In this document: piece after piece, positions 9,177 through 17,491 of the stretch
Layout: each line of letters starts with the position of its first letter
Numbering within the stretch: the first letter of the stretch is position 1
Program-made: the position numbers and the translations under genes
Source: Bacteroidota bacterium
Lineage (GTDB): Bacteria; Bacteroidota; Ignavibacteria; UBA10030; SZUA-254
Reading direction: 5' to 3'
DNA length: 64,000 nucleotides
Assembly: GCA_020056225.1 (NCBI GenBank)
Contig: JAGVIE010000030.1
Coordinates: forward strand, 42,492-106,491
The notes under the pieces: model-generated
The model's database searches: none
What the model was told of the DNA's origin: nothing
The model's input: the letters and a program-made list of their open reading frames with translations, nothing else

Positions 9177-10579
9177 CCCATCTATTTCAAACCGAACTCA
9201 AAGTTGTCAACATCGGACTCAAGTCGTTCAAAGAAACACTCGACCAACAAAATGTGAAATCGGTCCACGTCGATTGGCGACCGCCACTCTTCACCGACGA
9301 TAAAGCGATGTCGATAATCAAATCGAATGCCGGTAAAATTGAAGCGGCGAACAAACAAGCGCTTCAAAAAATCCTCAACAGCAAACCGTTCATTGTCGGA
9401 ATGGGAAAAGCACTCGACGTTGTTCCCGGGATGAAGAAAAACCTTCTTCTTCACGCAGGTCCGCCGGTTACGTGGGACAAAATGTGTGGTCCGATGCGTG
9501 GCGCCGTCATAGGCGCACTGATCTACGAAGGTATTGCCGGCACTCCCGAAAAAGCTGAGCAGGTTGCCGCCTCGGGTCAAATCGAATTTTCTTCGTGTCA
9601 TGAGCATTCGGCAGTCGGACCGATGGCGGGAATCGTCTCGCCATCGATGCCGGTATTCATTCTACAGAACGAAGAATACGGCAACAAAGCGTACTGCACC
9701 ATGAACGAAGGTCTCGGCAAGGTTCTCAGGTATGGCGCATTTTCTCCGGATGTTATTGAGCGATTGAAATGGATGGAGCAGGTTCTTTATCCATCTCTCA
9801 AGCGGGCGATAGAAAAAATCGGCAAGATTGATTTGAAAAATATCATTGCGCAAGCGCTACAGATGGGAGATGAAGTTCACAATCGGAACAGAGCCGCAAC
9901 ATCTCTCCTATATCGAACGCTTGCCCCTGCCGTCATCCAAACGACGGACGATAAAGAAATTGCGGCAAGCGTACTCGAATTCATCAACCGAAACGATCAT
10001 TTCTTCCTCAATCTTTCGATGGGCGCATCGAAAATTTCATTGGATGCCGCTAGGAACATCACCCACTCAAGTATTGTTGTAGTAATGGCAAGGAATGGAA
10101 CTGAGTTCGGCGTACAACTTTCGGGAACGGGAGATCAGTGGTTTACAGGTCCATCACCAGTTCCGGATGCGCTCTTCTTCACGGGCTTCACAAAAGAAGA
10201 CGCGAATCCCGATATTGGCGACAGCTCAATAACCGAAACAAATGGTTTGGGCGGCTTCGCAATCGCGGCTTCACCTGCAATCGTACAGTTTGTCGGTGGC
10301 TCAACGAAAGATGCGATCAATTATACATTAAAAATGTACGAGATAACCGCCGCAGAAAATAACATCTACAAAATCCCGTACCTCAATTTCCGCGGTACAC
10401 CAACAGGTATTGATCTTCTAAAAGTTGTGGAAAAGAATATTCTTCCGTTTATTGATACAGGTGTCGCGCATAAAAATGCCGGCATCGGACAAATTGGTGC
10501 AGGTGTGTTAAGCGCACCTGTTGAACCATTTGTAAAAGCGATTGTTGGATTAGCAAATCAAATTAAGTCGAAGAAATAA
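9173..10579 (+). CDS. DUF1116 family protein (YlbE/AllG/YahG-like) with an N-terminal FdrA-tail-like segment
   Basis: LLHAGPP, CHEHSAVGPMAG, NEGLGKVLRYGA, MGDEVHNRN, MARNG and DIGDSSITET. Confidence 0.9.
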   Translation: MTHLFQTELKVVNIGLKSFKETLDQQNVKSVHVDWRPPLFTDDKAMSIIKSNAGKIEAANKQALQKILNSKPFIVGMGKALDVVPGMKKNLLLHAGPPVTWDKMCGPMRGAVIGALIYEGIAGTPEKAEQVAASGQIEFSSCHEHSAVGPMAGIVSPSMPVFILQNEEYGNKAYCTMNEGLGKVLRYGAFSPDVIERLKWMEQVLYPSLKRAIEKIGKIDLKNIIAQALQMGDEVHNRNRAATSLLYRTLAPAVIQTTDDKEIAASVLEFINRNDHFFLNLSMGASKISLDAARNITHSSIVVVMARNGTEFGVQLSGTGDQWFTGPSPVPDALFFTGFTKEDANPDIGDSSITETNGLGGFAIAASPAIVQFVGGSTKDAINYTLKMYEITAAENNIYKIPYLNFRGTPTGIDLLKVVEKNILPFIDTGVAHKNAGIGQIGAGVLSAPVEPFVKAIVGLANQIKSKK

Positions 10580-10693
10580 TAGCCCCGACATTCATGTCGG
10601 GGACAAGATTATGCATTGAAAATCGCGATAGATAGCCCCGATCTTTAGATCGGGGAATAATTGGTAAGAAGATTGATTGGTTTCAACCAAAAT
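10579..10693. repeat. REP-like palindromes left of the Y1 transposase
   Basis: ATAG-CCCCGACAT-TC-ATGTCGGGG (10579-10602), ATAG-CCCCGATCT-TT-AGATCGGGG (10632-10655) and a companion hairpin TTGGTTTCAACCAA near 10677-10690. Confidence 0.85.
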
Positions 10694-10707
10694 ATAAAGG
10701 AGGATAA

Positions 10708-11142
10708 ATGTCATATATCAAGATTATGGTGCATTTAATCTGGTCGACAAAAAACAGAGAAGCGGTAATCCGGAACGAATTAAAAGATGCGTTGTTAGAT
10801 CATATAAAAGAAAACAGCATACAAAAAGGAATATTTATCGACACATTTAATTGTGTAGCTGACCATATACACATGCTGGTTTCATTAGGATCCGAACAAA
10901 CCGTCAGTAAAATTGTGCAATTAATAAAAGGTGAATCTTCCCACTGGTTAAATGAACAGCATATACTGAAGGGTAGATTCGAATGGCAAGACGATTATTT
11001 TGCCACTTCTGTGAGTGAATCGATGATCGATAAAGTAAGAGAATATATTAGCAATCAAGAAGAGCATCACAGAATAAAATCGTTTGCTGAAGAGTACGAT
11101 GAGTTTATGAATAAATATGGATTCAAAACGATTGCTGAGTAA
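10708..11142 (+). mobile_element. tnpA: IS200/IS605-family Y1 transposase, REP-associated (RAYT-like)
   Basis: HLIWSTKNRE, HUH motif DHIH, KGESS, FEWQDDY and catalytic Tyr in EYISNQEEHH. Flanked by REP-like palindromes. No tnpB. Confidence 0.92.
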
Positions 11143-11143
11143 G

Positions 11144-11386
11144 TTTTGACTAAAGTCAAATACCTTTTATATTCTATACCCCGACCTAAAGGTCGGGGCT
11201 AATAAAGGGTATTCAACCCCAGAGCAAGCTCTGGACTCTTTTTCCGTAGCAAGCTACGGGGTATTGAGCCCAGAAAAGAATAAATGTCGGGGATAAATAA
11301 AAAGAGAAATAGATAAAATGTTCAAACTAATAGCCCCGATCTTCAGATCGGGGTACAATGAAAAGTTAGAAATTGGCTTTAGCCAC
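11144..11386. repeat. REP-like palindromes right of the Y1 transposase
   Basis: TTTGACTAAAGTCAAA (~11145-11160); inverted REP CCCCGACCT-AA-AGGTCGGGG-CTAA (11179-11202); half REP ATGTCGGGG (11284-11292); ATAG-CCCCGATCT-TC-AGATCGGGG (11330-11353); TGGCTTTAGCCA (11374-11385). Confidence 0.85.
11207..11284. repeat. Second type of short palindromic element nested in the REP cluster (IS200/IS605-end or MITE-like)
   Basis: Hairpins CCAGAGC-AA-GCTCTGG (11219-11234) and CCGTAGC-AA-GCTACGG (11244-11259), framed by GGGTATTCAACCC and GGGTATTGAGCCC. Confidence 0.6.
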
Positions 11387-11452
11387 AACTTCCAAATATT
11401 ATCGGAAATGAAATTTTAGATTTGTCCATCAATCAAATAAAGGATCAATAAA

Positions 11453-12280
11453 ATGAAAACACAAGAATTTTTAAATTTCATGGACAGACTCAAAGTCTAC
11501 GATCTCACTCAGCGACTTAGCATTCACACACCACCGTGGCCCAGTTATATGCCGTTCGGTATTCAATATTTCAAACGGATAGCCGGTGCACACATGGGGC
11601 AAGGAGCAAACGGACAAATCATCACGACGAGTAATCATGTCGGCACACATATGGATGGCGAGATTCATTTTCATGCTTCCGGTCGGTCGATCGGAAATGT
11701 TCCGATGAACGAATGGATCGGCCAGGGTGTTGTAGTTGATATATCGAAAGAAGTCGGCGACTACGATTTATACACACCTGAGATGCTGATGAAAAAAGTC
11801 GAGATAAAAAAAGGTGACATACTCATCATCAACACCGGCTACAACCGTTACGCGTGGGATCAGAAAGGTTCTGATGAGATTCGATATTTCGTAAAGCACC
11901 CCGGACCGGGACCCGGTTTCCACAAGTGGGCGCTTGAGATGAAAATTAAATGGATTGGCGTCGATTGCGGAAGCGCAGATCATCCGATGAACACCATTAT
12001 TCGTCAATGGCATCCCGCCCGATTTACTGAAGCCGAAGCGAAACTGAAGCGAAAGTACGGCGTGGGGTCGTGGGACGAAATGTTTCCGCAGGATGAATAT
12101 TATCAGGTTATGCACCTGAAACTGTTCCCGAAAAAATTGGTGCATGCTGAAAACCTTGGTGGCGATATTAACAAGCTGAGCAACAAACGCTGTTGGATAG
12201 GATGCTTCCCGTTGAGAGGCATCGAGTTAGAATCAGCGATGTGCCGTATTGTTGCATTTTTACCACCGAATGGAAAATAA
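11453..12280 (+). CDS. Cyclase family metal-dependent amidohydrolase (kynurenine formamidase/isatin hydrolase-like)
   Basis: HVGTHMDGEIHF (HxGTHxD), GDILIINTG, WIGVD and HAENL. Confidence 0.88.
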   Translation: MKTQEFLNFMDRLKVYDLTQRLSIHTPPWPSYMPFGIQYFKRIAGAHMGQGANGQIITTSNHVGTHMDGEIHFHASGRSIGNVPMNEWIGQGVVVDISKEVGDYDLYTPEMLMKKVEIKKGDILIINTGYNRYAWDQKGSDEIRYFVKHPGPGPGFHKWALEMKIKWIGVDCGSADHPMNTIIRQWHPARFTEAEAKLKRKYGVGSWDEMFPQDEYYQVMHLKLFPKKLVHAENLGGDINKLSNKRCWIGCFPLRGIELESAMCRIVAFLPPNGK

Positions 12281-12298
12281 TTTTTTGGAGAATTCAAA

Positions 12299-13186
12299 GT
12301 GCCAATAATTCATAAATTCGATTATCTAAAACCAAAAAGCTTAAGCGAGGCATTAACGGTTCTTGCACAATCAAAGAACGCGGCAATACTTGCAGGCGGC
12401 ACCGATCTCGTTGATATGATAAAAGAAAATGTTGCTCAGCCCGACTTGGTAGTAGATATCAAAGGACTTGACGAGCTCAATCAGATTAAGTTTGAGAATG
12501 ATACACTTTTCATCGGGGCAGGTGCCACGTTTTCAGATTTGATCGAATCGAAAATCATTAAAGAAAAATATCCCGTAATCTTTGAGGTAGCCAAAACAGT
12601 TGCGTCAGTCGGAATTCGAAACAGAGCAACGGTTGTCGGCAACATATGCTCGGCAGTACCGTGCATGGATAGTGGCCCGTTACTTATAGCATATGATGCA
12701 ACCGTGCAATTGGCAGGACAAAAAGGTGAAAGAAAGATTCCCGCTGCTGAATGGTTCATTGCACCAAGAAAAACAGCGCTTCAAAAAGGTGAAATTGTTA
12801 CAGGTGTTTCGTTACCGTATCCGAAAGTGAAACATGCCGGATGCTGGGTAAAGCTTGGTCGTTATACCGGTGAAGACCTTGCACAGGTGAACTTGCTTAT
12901 ACTCGCGTTGAGTGATGGTACATTCAGGATTTCGTTCGGGGCGGTTGTACCTATTCCGGTACGCGCGAAAAAGATTGAGAAACTTTTAAACGGACAAACA
13001 ATTACTCCTTCCTTGATTGAGAAAGCAAAGCAGTTGATTGAGGAAGAAATCAAACCGATAACCGATGTACGCGCGACAAAAGAGTACCGGATACACATGG
13101 CAAAGGTGATGTTCGAGAGAGGATTGGATGCCGCGATTAGGAGATTAAACGGCAACGGTCAGGCGTATGGAACGAGTATGATATAA
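12299..13186 (+). CDS. Xanthine dehydrogenase-family FAD-binding subunit (CoxM-like)
   Basis: AGGTDL, IRNRATVVGN and PITDVRATKEYR. Confidence 0.93.
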   Translation: MPIIHKFDYLKPKSLSEALTVLAQSKNAAILAGGTDLVDMIKENVAQPDLVVDIKGLDELNQIKFENDTLFIGAGATFSDLIESKIIKEKYPVIFEVAKTVASVGIRNRATVVGNICSAVPCMDSGPLLIAYDATVQLAGQKGERKIPAAEWFIAPRKTALQKGEIVTGVSLPYPKVKHAGCWVKLGRYTGEDLAQVNLLILALSDGTFRISFGAVVPIPVRAKKIEKLLNGQTITPSLIEKAKQLIEEEIKPITDVRATKEYRIHMAKVMFERGLDAAIRRLNGNGQAYGTSMI

Positions 13187-13190
13187 GGAA

Positions 13191-13652
13191 ATGACAATGA
13201 GACAAGAAATTAAATTCAAATTAAGCGGTGAAGCGATTGCGCTCGAGGTCAATCCGAACGAAGTTCTACTCGAAGTATTGCGTGATCGTCTCGGGGCAAA
13301 AAGTCCGAAGTGCGGCTGCGATAAAGGTGATTGCGGCACATGCACGGTGATGATCAACGGAAAAACGGTCCGCAGTTGTCTTGTGCTTGCCATTGAAGTT
13401 GATGGACAGGAAGTTGTTACACTTGAAGGACTTATGGACAGCGGTTTAACGCCACTCCAGAAATCGTTCATCGAACATAATTCGTTTCAATGCGGCTTCT
13501 GCGCACCGGGGATGATTCTTTCCGCGACAGAGCTTCTCGCGAAGAATCAAAAACCGAACAAGCACGAAATTCAGGAAGCGCTATCCGGCAATTTATGCAG
13601 GTGCACGGGTTATACTCCCATCATCGATGCTATTGAGGCGATTACAAAATGA
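13191..13652 (+). CDS. Xanthine dehydrogenase-family 2x[2Fe-2S] subunit (CoxS-like)
   Basis: GCDKGDCGTCT, SCL, QCGFC and GNLCRCTGY. Confidence 0.95.
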   Translation: MTMRQEIKFKLSGEAIALEVNPNEVLLEVLRDRLGAKSPKCGCDKGDCGTCTVMINGKTVRSCLVLAIEVDGQEVVTLEGLMDSGLTPLQKSFIEHNSFQCGFCAPGMILSATELLAKNQKPNKHEIQEALSGNLCRCTGYTPIIDAIEAITK

Positions 13653-13658
13653 CATTGA

Positions 13659-13732
13659 TGTCATTCCGATCCCGCCGAGGGCGGGAGAGGAATCTGACAA
13701 TAAAAGATGCTTCACTTTCGTTCAGCATGACA
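13659..13732. repeat. Intergenic palindromic element with TGTCAT...ATGACA termini
   Basis: TGTCATTCCGATCCCGCCGAGGGCGGGAGAGGAATCT...AGATGCTTCACTTTCGTTCAGCATGACA, with internal hairpin TCCCGCC-GAG-GGCGGGA. Confidence 0.65.
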
Positions 13733-13758
13733 AAGAGATATTATAGGATTAAAGGTTT

Positions 13759-16095
13759 ATGGAAGAAAATAAATACATTGGCAAGTCAACAGTCAGGATA
13801 GACGGAAAAGCAAAAGTATCCGGCGCGGCAGAATTCATAGACGATCTTGATTTCGGTCCCGATCTCCTCTACGCCGCAATAGTCGAGAGTAAATTCGCGC
13901 ACGCCATCATCAACAAAATCGATACAAGCGAAGCGGAGAATATACCCGGCGTTGTAAAGATTGTTACAGGAAAAGATTTCCCGTTCCGGTTCGGACTTTA
14001 CATGCACGATCGATTCATCTTTGCTCAGGATAGAGTAAGATTTGTCGGAGAACAGATCGGCGCTGTGATAGCGAGAGATGCGGCAACTGCATTGAAAGCG
14101 GCAAAGTTAGTGAGAGTAGATTACACAGAACTTCCGGCAATTCTCAACGTCGAGCAGGCACTCGCGAAAGATGCGAACCTCATTCACCCTGAACTTCGAC
14201 ATTACAAACACGTTCCGTGGTTCTTCCCCAAAAGCGACACGAATATTGCCCATCTTAGAAAAGTTAGAAAAGGTGATGTCGAGAAAGCTTTTAAGGAATC
14301 CGATTTTATTTTTGAAGATACATACACTGTTCCCCGTTATGCGCACTGTGCAATCGAAGTCCACGGCGCGGTTGGTTTGTACGATAATTCAGACCGACTG
14401 ACAGTTTGGACGGCATCTCAATCTCCATATACACAAAGAAACCTGTTTGCGGAAGCGCTTGCACCTCTCGGATTGTCACATAAAGATATTCGGGTTATAA
14501 CGCCGTTCATCGGCGGTGGTTTTGGCGGTAAAGCCGGTGTCTCGATGGAAATATTAGGCGCCGCTCTCGCAACAGCAGTAAAAGGCCGCCCAGTCAAAGT
14601 TCTCTGGTCGCGCGCGCAGGAATTTTACAACACATACCAACGGCAAGGTCTGACTGCCCGCATCAAAGTCGGCTTGAAAAAAGACGGTACCATCATCGCG
14701 ATGGATAATATTTTAAATTGGGACGCAGGCGCGTACGTCGAGTATGGCGCGAACGTCGTCAATGCCGCGGGACTCTCTGCTTCAGGTCCATACAATATTC
14801 CAAACGTCAGCATAGATTCAGTTTGTGTCTATACCAATCTGCCACCGGGCGGGCCATACCGTGGATTCGGGTATTCCGAATTTTTATTCGGACTTGAATC
14901 TCATTTAAATGAGATTGCAAAGAAAATGAAGATCGATCCGATCCAACTTCGTCGTAAGAATGCAATTCGTGAAGGAGATATTTTAAATTACGGCGGCAAG
15001 ATGAACGCCAACGGTCTGATTGAGGCGATTGATAAAGTTGAGAAAGAAATCGAATGGGGAAAGAAGGAAACATCGAGCGATCCGAACAAGGCAATCGGTA
15101 AAGGAATTGCATTATTCTGGAAAGCGCCCGCTATGCCGCCGAACGCTTCATCCTCTGCGTTTTTAAAATTCAATGAAGACGGAAGCATAAACATTCTTAT
15201 CTCCGGAATGGAGATAGGTCAAGGACTATTGACAGTCATGGCACAAATCGCGGCTGAAGTACTAACTGTTCCTCCAGAAAAAATACGTGTTGAAACACCG
15301 GACACTGATAGAAATCCTTATGAATGGCAAACGGTCGGCTCGCATGTTACGTGGGGATGCGGCAGAGCGGTCGAGAGCGCGGCTATAGATGCTCGTGAGC
15401 AGATTTTTGATATTGTCGAGCGGGCACTCGGCAAAGACAGAAAATCACTTTATCTTGAAAACGAATCCGTGAAATCGAAAACAGATAATAATTTCTCGTT
15501 AAAGCTGTGCGATTTTATTATTGCTGGGATTCAGAAACCAGATGGCTCATATCGTGGAGGACCGATACTCGGACGCGGAATGTTCATGCCGGAATTCACA
15601 TCAGCATTGAGCGACCCTGAAACAAGTCAGGGTGGGCATCCAAATGTTCATTACACAGTCGGCGCAAGCGCAGTTAAGATTGAAGTCGATAAGCAGACAG
15701 GCAAAGTGAAAATTCCCAAAGTGGTTCTTGCTGTCGATGTCGGAAAAGCGCTCAACCCCGATTTAATCAACGGACAAATTACAGGTGGATTGCTACAAGG
15801 AATCGCTACTGTCCTTTATGAGGATATGCGGTTCAACAACAAAGGTAAACTCATCAATCCAAACTTTACAGATTATAAAATTCCGACATCGATGGATATC
15901 CCCGATGAGATAGTTCCGATTATCATAGAAGTACCTCAACCCGATGGACCTTCCGGCGCACGCGGAGTTGGCGAACACACGATGATACCATGCGCACCGA
16001 TGATTGCTAACGCTGTTGATGATGCGCTTGGAATCAGGATCAAATCGATGCCGATAACGGCGGAGAAGATTGCGCTCAGCGTAAAACACTCATAA
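13759..16095 (+). CDS. Xanthine dehydrogenase-family molybdopterin-binding subunit (not a CO dehydrogenase)
   Basis: GGGFGGK, YRGFG, EIGQG and GARGVGE (catalytic Glu). No AYxCSFR CoxL loop. Confidence 0.93.
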   Translation: MEENKYIGKSTVRIDGKAKVSGAAEFIDDLDFGPDLLYAAIVESKFAHAIINKIDTSEAENIPGVVKIVTGKDFPFRFGLYMHDRFIFAQDRVRFVGEQIGAVIARDAATALKAAKLVRVDYTELPAILNVEQALAKDANLIHPELRHYKHVPWFFPKSDTNIAHLRKVRKGDVEKAFKESDFIFEDTYTVPRYAHCAIEVHGAVGLYDNSDRLTVWTASQSPYTQRNLFAEALAPLGLSHKDIRVITPFIGGGFGGKAGVSMEILGAALATAVKGRPVKVLWSRAQEFYNTYQRQGLTARIKVGLKKDGTIIAMDNILNWDAGAYVEYGANVVNAAGLSASGPYNIPNVSIDSVCVYTNLPPGGPYRGFGYSEFLFGLESHLNEIAKKMKIDPIQLRRKNAIREGDILNYGGKMNANGLIEAIDKVEKEIEWGKKETSSDPNKAIGKGIALFWKAPAMPPNASSSAFLKFNEDGSINILISGMEIGQGLLTVMAQIAAEVLTVPPEKIRVETPDTDRNPYEWQTVGSHVTWGCGRAVESAAIDAREQIFDIVERALGKDRKSLYLENESVKSKTDNNFSLKLCDFIIAGIQKPDGSYRGGPILGRGMFMPEFTSALSDPETSQGGHPNVHYTVGASAVKIEVDKQTGKVKIPKVVLAVDVGKALNPDLINGQITGGLLQGIATVLYEDMRFNNKGKLINPNFTDYKIPTSMDIPDEIVPIIIEVPQPDGPSGARGVGEHTMIPCAPMIANAVDDALGIRIKSMPITAEKIALSVKHS

Positions 16096-16127
16096 GAATT
16101 AGAAGTGATCACGCAAGGCAATTGCTG

Positions 16128-16607
16128 ATGTCAGAAGATAATCGAGCACGGATGATAAAGCTTGCAGAAGAGTTTTTCAACATGAAAAACGATCCGACAC
16201 AGCTTTCTGTCGATGAGAATACCATGAAACGCCTCTTAGAAATTCATCCAGCCACACTCACAGAGTGAACCGATGAGAATGGACCAATCGCCTGGATGTT
16301 AATCATTCCAACAACAAAAGAAGTGATGGATGATTTCCTCTTAAAGAAAATCACTGAAAAGGAAATCTTAGACCGCACACCGCATGGTGTAAAATACGAT
16401 TCAATCTATTTGTGCTCAGCGCTTGTATTGCCCGAATATCGTGGTAAGGGATTGGCAAAACAAATGGTGACAGATGCAATTCAATCAATCATGAATCAGC
16501 ATTCCATCAAATCTCTATTTGTGTGGTCTTTCAGCATAGAAGGAAAAAAATTGGCTAATGCAGTTGCCAAAGAATTCAACCTGCCGTTATTCGAAAAACC
16601 AGTTTAA
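16128..16607 (+). pseudogene. GNAT acetyltransferase interrupted by an in-frame TGA at 16266-16268
   Basis: ATG 16128 is in frame with the 16296-16607 ORF: MSEDNRARMIKLAEEFF...HPATLTE*TDENGPIAWMLIIPTT...VLPEYRGKGLAK. Confidence 0.7.
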
Positions 16608-16608
16608 T

Positions 16609-17334
16609 TTACTTCAACGCGCGAATCCGAACCTCAATATTCCGGTTTTTTGCCAACAGTGCTTTCAATTTCGAGACATCGCTATCACCATAATGATATG
16701 GGTATAAGATTTTCGGCTTAATCTTTTTCGAGGCATTTGCAACCTGTTCAGGAAGCATTGTATAGGGTTGGTTCATCGGCAAAAAAGCAATGTCGATGTT
16801 TTGTAATGATGCCATCCCAGGAATATTTTCTGTATCGCCTGCTATATAAATTCTCTTCTTGCCAATTGTAAGGATGTATCCGTTGTCTCTGCCTTTGGGA
16901 TGAAATTTATCCCGCCCCTCAGTTGTATTGTATGCAGGCACAGCTTCGATTTCAACTTCATCAAAAATCTTTTTGTCTCCGTTTTTCATCACAGTACCTT
17001 TCTTCAGCATATCAAGGGCGGTGCTTGTAAGAATAATTTGAGTACTGTCCTTGGAAAGCAGCTCAACAGCATTAGTGTCAAGATGATCGGGATGATGATG
17101 GGTGATAAGTATGATGTCAGCCTTTGGTAGCTTCGTATAATCAGCCAACTTATTCCACGGATCGACGTGAATAGTTGTACCTTTATGCTCGAGCATCAGC
17201 GTTCCATGACCGATAAAAGTAATTGTTAATATTCCCTCTGGCGTTTTGAAAGTATCTCTTTCAAATTTGCTGAGTCCGGCAGACTGTAAAACTGTTGCAA
17301 AAACAGCGTAAAGAATAACGATTAGATTATTCAC
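16609..17334 (-). CDS. Exported metallo-beta-lactamase-fold hydrolase
   Basis: FIGHG, VDPW, THHHPDH, IYIAGDT and PYHY motifs. N-terminal signal peptide. Confidence 0.88.
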   Translation of the reverse strand: MNNLIVILYAVFATVLQSAGLSKFERDTFKTPEGILTITFIGHGTLMLEHKGTTIHVDPWNKLADYTKLPKADIILITHHHPDHLDTNAVELLSKDSTQIILTSTALDMLKKGTVMKNGDKKIFDEVEIEAVPAYNTTEGRDKFHPKGRDNGYILTIGKKRIYIAGDTENIPGMASLQNIDIAFLPMNQPYTMLPEQVANASKKIKPKILYPYHYGDSDVSKLKALLAKNRNIEVRIRALK

Positions 17335-17434
17335 GATGAAATTCTCCTGAATATAATTCTTGTTTGAATGAATTAACGAGATGATGGAAAATGATCAAGT
17401 CAAAATATTATTCAAAGTCTAAGCGAAATATGAG

Positions 17435-17459
17435 ACCCCGGCTGTCACTAAACCGGGGT
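17435..17459 (-). terminator. Hairpin downstream of the M3 peptidase gene
   Basis: ACCCCGG-N11-CCGGGGT, 32 nt past the stop codon. The U-tract is weak. Confidence 0.5.
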
Positions 17460-17491
17460 TATTCAAATCTAAACTTACACAAAAAAGATGT

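Noticed and set aside
10579-11386. CRISPR array
   Set aside because: The repeats vary in sequence and orientation, have irregular spacing and flank a transposase. No cas genes are present.
12299-16095. Aerobic CO dehydrogenase (coxMSL gene order)
   Set aside because: The large subunit has PYRGFG rather than the AYxCSFR loop of form I CoxL, and no cox accessory genes are present.
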